From positions 1 through 45,737 of IMG/VR virus record IMGVR_UViG_3300037461_001120: 45,737 nt of DNA; one strand, written 5' to 3'. The DNA is from a virus. Taxonomy: Duplodnaviria > Caudoviricetes. A program made the translations under genes and the position numbers. The notes beneath the pieces were generated by a model. The model saw only the letters and a program-made list of their open reading frames with translations, did no database searches and was not told the origin of the DNA. Of the stretch, positions 8,177-15,063 are shown piece by piece (positions within the stretch are counted from its first letter, which is position 1; each line of letters opens with the position of its first letter).

Positions 8177-8293
8177 ACCATGCCAAGCCTTGCCTTGCCA
8201 TACCGTGTCCGGCCCGGCCGAGCCATGCCTTGAACCATGCCATGCCAAGCCCAGTCGTGCCTCGCCGCGCCCGGCCCGGCCGAGCCTTGAACC
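8177..8293 (-). ncRNA. (GGY-NN)n repeat array, units 3 and 4; candidate guide RNA
   Basis: Two units of 11 GGY-like triplets with variable dinucleotides, each preceded by GGT-TCAA; intergenic, just downstream of the accessory gene. Confidence 0.75.
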
Positions 8294-8296
8294 GCG

Positions 8297-8722
8297 TTAC
8301 GCCGTGATGGCCTTCCGCATCATCCCGAACAGGGTGCCGGCCTTCTGGCTTTCCTGAATCAGGGCGTCTCTCTCAGACGATTCGAGCTTGGCCACGGGGA
8401 TGTGGTTGTACTCCACGACCGCTCGCCCGATCTGCTTGACGGCCCGGTGCAACCGGTTCTGGGGCACGGTGTGCGCCTCGTTGTCGGGGAGGACGACGTA
8501 CCCCTTTCCCATTTGCACCGACAGGAATACCTGATGCTCCGAGATGAGCATTTTTTTGAGCCGGGAAACCATCGAGTGATACCGTTGCTGCCCTTCCCCG
8601 GTCATCCCGAGCATCTCCCTGAGCACCAGGTGGGGGATGAGTTCGTTTCGCTTTTCGATTGCCGCGAGAGAGGCGGCGGCGGCAACGAGGGTGTCGGTCT
8701 GCTGGTCGTTGGCTTTTCGCAT
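8297..8722 (-). CDS. Accessory protein of the RAMP cassette, winged-helix-like
   Basis: GAGGAGG RBS overlapping the end of the RAMP gene; helical core followed by FLSVQMGKGYVV, resembling a wHTH wing. Confidence 0.7.
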   Translation of the reverse strand: MRKANDQQTDTLVAAAASLAAIEKRNELIPHLVLREMLGMTGEGQQRYHSMVSRLKKMLISEHQVFLSVQMGKGYVVLPDNEAHTVPQNRLHRAVKQIGRAVVEYNHIPVAKLESSERDALIQESQKAGTLFGMMRKAITA

Positions 8723-8723
8723 G

Positions 8724-9356
8724 TCAGACCTCCTCGACACTCACGATGTCGTAGCGCCCGAACACGGGGCGCCAGTCGCCGATGCCGACGAAGGTTCCGG
8801 CGAACTCCAGCACGTTCCGCAGGACCGCCGGGGTGAGCCGCTGATCGAAGACGTGCATGATGAAGGTGCCGCCCCAGGGGCGGAACATGGGCCGGATCTT
8901 GTAGACGCGGCACCCGGACTTCTTGCCCTTCGAGGGATTCCCGTTGCACGCCTTTCCGAAGGGGATGATGCGCTCGTCGTTGGGCGACATGCCGAGGTCG
9001 AGGCTTTCGCAGATGACGGAGGCGGCAACGACCTTCGCATAGGTGCGGTTGCCCTCGCCGGCGATCTTCTGACCCCAGTAGCCCGCGCCCTCCTTCAGGC
9101 TCTCGTGGATGTTCTCGCCGGGAATGCAGGCGTTGCCGTTGAGCCCGACGTGGATCTTCTTGCGCCACTCCAGCCGCTCGATTTCGGCGGGGTCGCTCTT
9201 CGCCTGCTGTTTCTTCTCGGCCTTGCTGATGTTGAGGTCGGGGAGCTTGTTCTGGAGCATCCCCTGCTCGCCGCCGGAGATCGTGACGAGGTACTTCTTC
9301 GCCCTCGCCACCACCGGTGTGTCGTTGTCGATGTCGATGTAATCCTGCTTTTTCAT
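8724..9356 (-). CDS. Stand-alone RAMP / Cas7-like (Vipr-like) RNA-binding protein
   Basis: N-terminal strand YLVTISG, IPGENIHESLKEGA (RAMP IPGSSLKG-like helix), RPMFRPW..F strand, C-terminal G-rich loop AGTFVGIGDWRPVFGRY; GAGGAGG RBS. Confidence 0.8.
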   Translation of the reverse strand: MKKQDYIDIDNDTPVVARAKKYLVTISGGEQGMLQNKLPDLNISKAEKKQQAKSDPAEIERLEWRKKIHVGLNGNACIPGENIHESLKEGAGYWGQKIAGEGNRTYAKVVAASVICESLDLGMSPNDERIIPFGKACNGNPSKGKKSGCRVYKIRPMFRPWGGTFIMHVFDQRLTPAVLRNVLEFAGTFVGIGDWRPVFGRYDIVSVEEV

Positions 9357-9388
9357 GATGTCCTCCTCATGAGATAGTGTAAATTAGA

Positions 9389-9498
9389 ACCACGCCAAGC
9401 CACGCCTCGCCGCGCCGTGCCTCGCCCGGCCAAGCCCTGAACCATGCCATGCCTTGCCTCGTCACGCCGTGCCGCGCCGCGCCTTGCCGAGCCATGCC
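9389..9498 (-). ncRNA. (GGY-NN)n repeat array, units 1 and 2; candidate guide RNA
   Basis: 12 + 10 GGY-like triplets at 5-nt period joined by GGT-TCAG-GGC; intergenic between the ssb stop and the RAMP RBS. Confidence 0.75.
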
Positions 9499-9505
9499 AA
9501 AAAGC

Positions 9506-9850
9506 CTAGAACGGCGTTCCCCCGGGGGCCTCCCCGGCCTCGACGAGTTCCTGGTCGAGAGGGATCACCCACCGGATGACGACCTCCCCGAGGTAGCCCC
9601 GGTCGTTTACCTTCAGGTCGCCCATCCCAATCAGGTGACACCCGGGCGGGATTTGTGACATGTGGTGCGCCATGCCGTGCCAGGCGCAGACGGGGATCTT
9701 TTCGGTGGTCGCCTTGTCCCCCCACCCGCGGGGGATTTCCAGGTGTCCCTTCCACAGGGGCATGTTGGTGTGGCCCACCGTCTTGAACTCACCGGGGCAC
9801 AGGACCGCCCCATAGAAATAGAATCCCGAGCAGTATCCCTGGCTGGTCAT
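9506..9850 (-). CDS. ssb: Single-stranded DNA-binding protein (divergent OB fold)
   Basis: T.KIPVCAW..A......G..L...G.L pattern and an acidic tail ending TPF. Confidence 0.6.
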   Translation of the reverse strand: MTSQGYCSGFYFYGAVLCPGEFKTVGHTNMPLWKGHLEIPRGWGDKATTEKIPVCAWHGMAHHMSQIPPGCHLIGMGDLKVNDRGYLGEVVIRWVIPLDQELVEAGEAPGGTPF

Positions 9851-10272
9851 TTCTTTTCCTCCGCGAGCGGGGTCACCCGGACCTCGACGCCGGCCGGCGC
9901 CCCAAAAGACTTGGCGACCTTCAGGTCGCATATCTGCGCGTCGTCCACGAACACGATTCCCGACATGGCGTCCTCGAGGGCGCGAAGCAGTTTCGAGAGA
10001 TCGGGTTTGGTTGATTTGTAGATCACCCGCTTCGGGGTGCTCTTCGGCTTCGGGAACCAAAAGGTCGCCTCGAGTTCGACGGGGCCCCGCATGATGGCGA
10101 GGCCCGCGTCCCGCATCGCCTTCTCGGCCATCCACGAGACGGCGTTGCGCCACCCGGGGAGGGCCTGGCAGTCCTCGATCATGATCCCGCGACCGCCCTT
10201 CCAGATCCCGACGTACCGCTTGGACCCCTGGGGTTTCGGGAGGCCGGCGCAGAAAAAGACGACGGATGCCAT
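9847..10272 (-). CDS. rusA: RusA-like Holliday junction resolvase
   Basis: G.PKPQGSKR, F.FPKPKS, KPDLSKLLRALEDAM.G....DDAQI. Confidence 0.88.
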   Translation of the reverse strand: MASVVFFCAGLPKPQGSKRYVGIWKGGRGIMIEDCQALPGWRNAVSWMAEKAMRDAGLAIMRGPVELEATFWFPKPKSTPKRVIYKSTKPDLSKLLRALEDAMSGIVFVDDAQICDLKVAKSFGAPAGVEVRVTPLAEEKK

Positions 10273-10490
10273 CACGACCCCCGGACCCAGTTCCCGTCGG
10301 CAACGGCGGAGCGGAACCCCCAGATGGCGTTGACCCACCGGCAGTCGTGCCGATGCGCCTGGCCCTGGTCGCGGCGGGCCCCGCAGTCGGAGCAGGTCCC
10401 GGTGTTGTGGTCGATCTCCGCGAGGATCTTCTCCACGTCCCGCAGGACGTGAATCGGCATGGTTACGATCATGCGGGTGTTGGTGTTCAT
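10272..10490 (-). CDS. Hypothetical protein (CxxC..H..C)
   Basis: GAGGAGG RBS; overlapping stop/start with neighbours. Confidence 0.65.
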   Translation of the reverse strand: MNTNTRMIVTMPIHVLRDVEKILAEIDHNTGTCSDCGARRDQGQAHRHDCRWVNAIWGFRSAVADGNWVRGS

Positions 10491-11224
10491 GTCTGTACCT
10501 CCTCTTCGGTGATGGGTGCGAACTCCAGGGCGACCCGGGTCGTGATCCCCGTGGCCTCACGGACCTTGCGCTGGAACAGGCCGGCGTCGGAGTTCGACGA
10601 CGACAGGTGGAGCAGGTGGATCTCCCGGCAACGGGAGAGGTCGTTGGCCGCGAGGAACCCCAGCACGTCCTCCAGGGACAGGTGGAACTTCTCGAGGCGG
10701 GAGAGGCGCTCCGGGGTGGTCGAGGGGTCCAGGGTCTCGCGGGACCAGTTGCACTCGATGGCGACGTGGGTCAGACCGTGGAACCGCTCCCGGATGTAGC
10801 CGGTGTCGGTGGCGTAGAGCAGTTTGTCCCCGGCCGGCGACCCGACCAGGTAGTTGACCCCTCCCTCGCAGTCGTGAATGGACGGGAAGGAAGCGGCTTT
10901 CCACGGCGGGCACGAAAGCACGTCATAGTGCGAACATACCTTGTGGTGCTTGTGGTCCCACCCGTGCCGCTTCTCCCCGAGCGACTCCCACGTCGCATCG
11001 GTACACCAGATCTTCACGCCGGCCTTTGCAAGGCCCAGCATCCCCCGGCAGTGGTCCTGGTGCTGGTGCGTCACGAGGCACCCCGACAGGCGGTGGAGGA
11101 GAAAGCCGGAGGCCCGCCGGATCTGCTTGAGGGAGAGGCCCGCGTCGAGCAGGAGGAGGAGTTCCCCCTCCTGCACGAGGTAGGCGTTCCCCTTCGACGA
11201 TGATGCGAGGGGGATGAATTCCAT
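10487..11224 (-). CDS. Metallo-beta-lactamase-fold nuclease (YycJ-like)
   Basis: LASSSKGN, LLDAG, THQHQDH, ATDTG, IECN, HLS motifs. Confidence 0.88.
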   Translation of the reverse strand: MEFIPLASSSKGNAYLVQEGELLLLLDAGLSLKQIRRASGFLLHRLSGCLVTHQHQDHCRGMLGLAKAGVKIWCTDATWESLGEKRHGWDHKHHKVCSHYDVLSCPPWKAASFPSIHDCEGGVNYLVGSPAGDKLLYATDTGYIRERFHGLTHVAIECNWSRETLDPSTTPERLSRLEKFHLSLEDVLGFLAANDLSRCREIHLLHLSSSNSDAGLFQRKVREATGITTRVALEFAPITEEEVQT

Positions 11225-11225
11225 C

Positions 11226-12074
11226 TCAGAACCCCGGGGTCCGGTTGGGGTCGGTCCGGTTGTCGGACTGGAGCTTGAACTCCTCCTGGGGGGTCACGGT
11301 GGACGCGGGGGCGGAGAACTCCGGGGGTTGCTCCGCCTTGTAGACCTGGGGGCGGCCGCGACGGACCTTCTCGGTGGGGGGTTCCGGTTCCACCGCGGCG
11401 GGGGCGGGGGGCGCCGAGGGGTCGGCGAAATCCACCACGACGCCCTGGTTGGCCGTGGCCTCCTTGACCTCGCGGAAGTCGGCCTCGTGGACCTCCACGA
11501 TCTCGTCGGTGGTGGACATCCCCATCAGGATCTCCGGGGCGTAGAGGCGCCCGAAGAAGGTGGCGGCCCGGTAGCGGAGCATCAGTTCGGACATCGTCTG
11601 CCACTTGCTCCCGTTGCGGGCGGACCACCCCTCTTTCTTGGCCATCTCGATGGTGACGGCGGGCCCCTCCAGGCGTTCCCCCGTGGCCTTCTCGGTGGCC
11701 CAGGCCTTCACGGAGCGTCCGTCCCCGGCCCCGGCGCACTCGAAGCGGAGGGGGGAGAACTTACCCGTGGCGTTGATGGCGGCGATGATGAACTGGGCGG
11801 ACCACCCCGGCTTGCCGTGGACGATGTATAAATTTTGCATCACGGCGAGGGGGGAGGCCCCCATCCGGCCGGCGATCTCGAGGGCGATCACCACGTTGGG
11901 GATGTTGTTCCGGAACTGCTCCGGGACCAGACTTGAGGTGCTCAACCACTTCGCCTGCCGGAGCATGAGGTCGAAACCCGCCTTGCTGGTAAACCCCGCG
12001 GGGACCAGGTCGTTCCGGCCGGGAGGGGCGTCCTCGATCTTCTCGAGGGCCTGTTGCTGTTGCTTGTTTTCCAT
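11226..12074 (-). CDS. RecT-like single-strand annealing recombinase
   Basis: S.LVPEQFR, VMQNLYIVHGKPGW, AKKEGW..NGSKW..M.ELMLRYRAA; AAGGAGG RBS before ATG 12074. Confidence 0.8.
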   Translation of the reverse strand: MENKQQQQALEKIEDAPPGRNDLVPAGFTSKAGFDLMLRQAKWLSTSSLVPEQFRNNIPNVVIALEIAGRMGASPLAVMQNLYIVHGKPGWSAQFIIAAINATGKFSPLRFECAGAGDGRSVKAWATEKATGERLEGPAVTIEMAKKEGWSARNGSKWQTMSELMLRYRAATFFGRLYAPEILMGMSTTDEIVEVHEADFREVKEATANQGVVVDFADPSAPPAPAAVEPEPPTEKVRRGRPQVYKAEQPPEFSAPASTVTPQEEFKLQSDNRTDPNRTPGF

Positions 12075-12075
12075 C

Positions 12076-13851
12076 TTATGCCTCCTTGGTTTGGATATTG
12101 AATTCGCCTTCGGTGACGTACAGGGCGACCAGTTGCGCCCCACGGGTGCTCTCCAGGGCGTTGACGCTCTCGGCGTTGTCCACCCAGATCGGGGCCTGGG
12201 TGCCGTAGTGGGCGCAGATCGTGGCGCAGATGTCGATCCCCGCGTTGACCCGCTCCCCGTTGTTCAGCGAAGCCCACGGGACGCCCCCCGCGACCACCTC
12301 GCAACACTCGGCGATCCCCCCGTTGATCTGCTCGTCGAAGAGCTTAAACGAGGCGCGCCGGAACATCGAATTGACGCGGTCGGTGACGGTGCGGACCTTC
12401 GCCCGCACGAAACCTTCGACCGTGGCTATGGCGGCCTCGTTCTCCTCGAACTCCCGGGTCAGGGACTTCTCTTTCTCCTCAAGGTCCGCGATGCGCTTTT
12501 TGAGGCCCGCGGCCGAGCGCATGTCGGCGAGGCGCCGCTCATCGTCGGCGATCTGTTCCGCCAGGACCGACAGGACGTGCTCGATCTCGGCGATCTGCCC
12601 CGCCTTGTCGGACACCCCGGCGTTGCGCCCCAGGCCCGCCACGATCTTGGCGTGCGCGGCCTCCATGGCCTCCCGCCCCTTGATGAGGCGACTGATCTCG
12701 GCCTCCAGGGCCTCCCGGGCCAACCGCTCCGTTTTGCGCTTCTCGAAGAGTTCGGCCAACTCGTTGGAGCAGGCCTTCCCCCGGGTGGTGATCTCGGCGA
12801 GGCGCGTGTCCTTTTTGGTCCTCGCCTCGGAGCGGAGGCCCTCGGGGAGAGGCTGACCGCAGGTCGGGCAGTTGGGGGCGTCGCTGGCGTCCACCTTGTG
12901 CCACTCCTCGCGGAGGGCCTTGCGCTCCGCCTCGAGGGCGTCCATGCGGTGCGTCAGGTTCGACTCAGAGATGGACCGCTTGGCCGCATCGGCCTGGGCG
13001 CGGGCGATCTGGTCCGAGGCCTCGGCAACCTTCGACCTCGCCTCCGCGATGGCGCCGGAGGCGTCCGGTCCGGCTGCCCGCAGGTCGGCGAGTTCCCGCA
13101 GGTACTCCTCCCTCAGTTTGCGGGAGGAGGCGAGGGACGCCTCGACGGTGGCGGGGTCGCCCTCCGGCACGGGGGTCCGGTTGATCTCGTCGATCCGGGC
13201 CGGCAGGGTGGCCAGTTCCCGATTGATCTCGGTGCGGGTCGCCTTCAGAACCTTAAGGGCGTTTTCCGGCGTCCGGCCGGCGAGGACCGCCGACACCTTC
13301 TCCCGGTTCGGAAGGGTGGCCAGCACCTGCTCGTCGGTGACCCCCGCGAGGGCCAGCAGCACGGCGCGGCGGTCCTGCCACTTCATCCCCTCGGCGAAGT
13401 GCCGGACGTTGGTGATGGCGCGGAAGGTCTCCTCGTCCCGGGCGATCTCGCGGATCTTCCCCTGGAACTCGGCCTCCTTGACGGGAACCCCGTCAACGAA
13501 GTGGTCGGTCTCGTGCCCGGAGAACTCGGGGTGGGCCTCCCCCCGCTTGCGCTTGTAGACCTCGCGGAGGGTCTTCTTGAGGCGGAGGGCGACACCCCCG
13601 ACCTCCAGCAGGGCCTCGACGGTGGTGTCGAGGTTGTGTTTGGGCGACCCGTCGGAGTTCAGGGGCTTGAGGCTGAAGTTGGCCCTGCCGGCGCAGTCCT
13701 TTTCGAAGAGTAACCACGAGAAGGCGTTGGCCACCGTGGTTTTCCCCGTGGCGTTGCGGCCGGAGATGATCGTGACCTTCCCGAACTCCAGGTCGCGACA
13801 GCCGCAACCCTGGAAGTTCTCCATCCACAGACGGCGCAGGGTGATCTTCAT
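12076..13851 (-). CDS. Rad50/SbcC-like AAA ATPase
   Basis: ENFQG, GRNATGKTT Walker A, coiled coil with CPTCGQ hook, LNNGER signature, WVDNAE Walker B. Confidence 0.88.
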   Translation of the reverse strand: MKITLRRLWMENFQGCGCRDLEFGKVTIISGRNATGKTTVANAFSWLLFEKDCAGRANFSLKPLNSDGSPKHNLDTTVEALLEVGGVALRLKKTLREVYKRKRGEAHPEFSGHETDHFVDGVPVKEAEFQGKIREIARDEETFRAITNVRHFAEGMKWQDRRAVLLALAGVTDEQVLATLPNREKVSAVLAGRTPENALKVLKATRTEINRELATLPARIDEINRTPVPEGDPATVEASLASSRKLREEYLRELADLRAAGPDASGAIAEARSKVAEASDQIARAQADAAKRSISESNLTHRMDALEAERKALREEWHKVDASDAPNCPTCGQPLPEGLRSEARTKKDTRLAEITTRGKACSNELAELFEKRKTERLAREALEAEISRLIKGREAMEAAHAKIVAGLGRNAGVSDKAGQIAEIEHVLSVLAEQIADDERRLADMRSAAGLKKRIADLEEKEKSLTREFEENEAAIATVEGFVRAKVRTVTDRVNSMFRRASFKLFDEQINGGIAECCEVVAGGVPWASLNNGERVNAGIDICATICAHYGTQAPIWVDNAESVNALESTRGAQLVALYVTEGEFNIQTKEA

Positions 13852-14079
13852 TTCTCACCCCCGCGGACCCGTTCTCTCGCCTCGGGCGGAAACCAGTTTT
13901 TCCCGATCAGGAACTCGACCATCTCGCCCTCGTCGAAGACGAAACGGCGAGACCATTCGGGGTTGCTCGACCGGATGCGCTTCACACATTCCGGCTTGTG
14001 GCGCCGAATGATCTGGTACAGGTTGGATCGGCTGACCCACCTGTAGTGGAAGCAAAACTGTTTCACCGTCATTAACATG
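13848..14079 (-). CDS. Excisionase/HTH-like small DNA-binding protein
   Basis: LMTVKQFC....VSRSNLYQ.....RR F....EM.EFL; GAGGAGG RBS; first gene after the strong promoter. Confidence 0.55.
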
Positions 14080-14114
14080 GCGACCTCCTCTCGAATCTCT
14101 CTCAAGCTACCCCG

Positions 14115-14144
14115 ATCTTATCAAATAGTGTTTTTGGTTGTCAA
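14115..14144 (-). promoter_or_regulatory. Strong sigma70-type promoter for the recombination/RAMP/replication operon
   Basis: TTGACA-18 nt-TAAGAT with extended TGn, in an AT-rich gap. Confidence 0.7.
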
Positions 14145-14163
14145 CTAGTATTTTTGTGTGGAC

Positions 14164-14192
14164 AAAAAAACCTCCGGGGGCAAGACCGGAGG
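14164..14192 (-). terminator. Rho-independent terminator of the late operon
   Basis: CCTCCGG-N8-CCGGAGG followed by T7 on the minus strand. Confidence 0.8.
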
Positions 14193-14217
14193 CCAACACG
14201 AGGAGGTCACAGTGGCG

Positions 14218-15063
14218 TCAGGGGCCGGCTACCTCGTACTCGTCGGCGGACGAGTAGCCGAGTTCCGGGTATCGCATCACGCGGGTGTAGGTTCCGGGGA
14301 CATCCACCGAAGCGATGTCGATGACCCCGTCCTGGCCGGAGGTGAGTTCATACTCCGGGGTGTGGACCGACTGGTCGAAGAACTGTACGACGGCGGCGGG
14401 GAGACCCACGCCGTCCACCCGCACCTGGTCGTCTGCGTCGGTGATCAGGTCCACCTGGGACAGGATCACGTCGTACCACTTCCAGTAAACCTCCCACCCC
14501 GAGGATGAGCAGAGGACCAGGTTGGCGTAGAACGCGGCCGCCGTGGCGTAGGAGGTCGAGGGCTCGTAGTCGAACGTCCCGGGGGTCTCGTCGTCGAACC
14601 ACACCCACATCACGTCGTGCATCAGGATGAAGCGCACCGTGTGAACGTCGGTGTCCGGCGCCCCCGCGAGGGACCACGAACCATCCATCGTCAGGTTGTC
14701 GCCGGAGCCGGCGCAATACCAGTTGGCCCCGTCGTTGCCAAAGCTGATCGTGTCGTACCCGGCCGCATCGACCTTCGCGAGAAGGTAGAAGATGACCCCG
14801 GACCCGGTCGAAACGTCGTTAAGCCTGAACCTCACCCGGATGTCGATCATGTGCCCGATGTTTGCGCCGAGGTTGATGGAGGGTTCCCGGTTGACGACCT
14901 TGAGCGGAATGTAGGCCGGCTGCTTGCCGGGGTAGGATGAGTGGTGCGACAGGGCGTTGACCGCACCGTCCGACACGATCTTCCCGACCCCCAGGCTGCC
15001 GGAGTCCACGACGTACTGCGACCCCACGGCCAGGTTGCTGAAATTCTCCGAGACTCTGAGCAT
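14218..15063 (-). CDS. Beta-rich hypothetical (probably virion) protein
   Basis: Last gene of the late operon; TGATG overlap with the giant gene. Confidence 0.7.
   Translation of the reverse strand: MLRVSENFSNLAVGSQYVVDSGSLGVGKIVSDGAVNALSHHSSYPGKQPAYIPLKVVNREPSINLGANIGHMIDIRVRFRLNDVSTGSGVIFYLLAKVDAAGYDTISFGNDGANWYCAGSGDNLTMDGSWSLAGAPDTDVHTVRFILMHDVMWVWFDDETPGTFDYEPSTSYATAAAFYANLVLCSSSGWEVYWKWYDVILSQVDLITDADDQVRVDGVGLPAAVVQFFDQSVHTPEYELTSGQDGVIDIASVDVPGTYTRVMRYPELGYSSADEYEVAGP

Noticed and set aside
8177-9498. Calling the pentamer arrays a CRISPR array or a plain microsatellite
   Set aside because: There are no 23-47-nt repeats with unique spacers and no cas1/2. The fixed-3/variable-2 pattern with defined separators is also unlike a slippage microsatellite.
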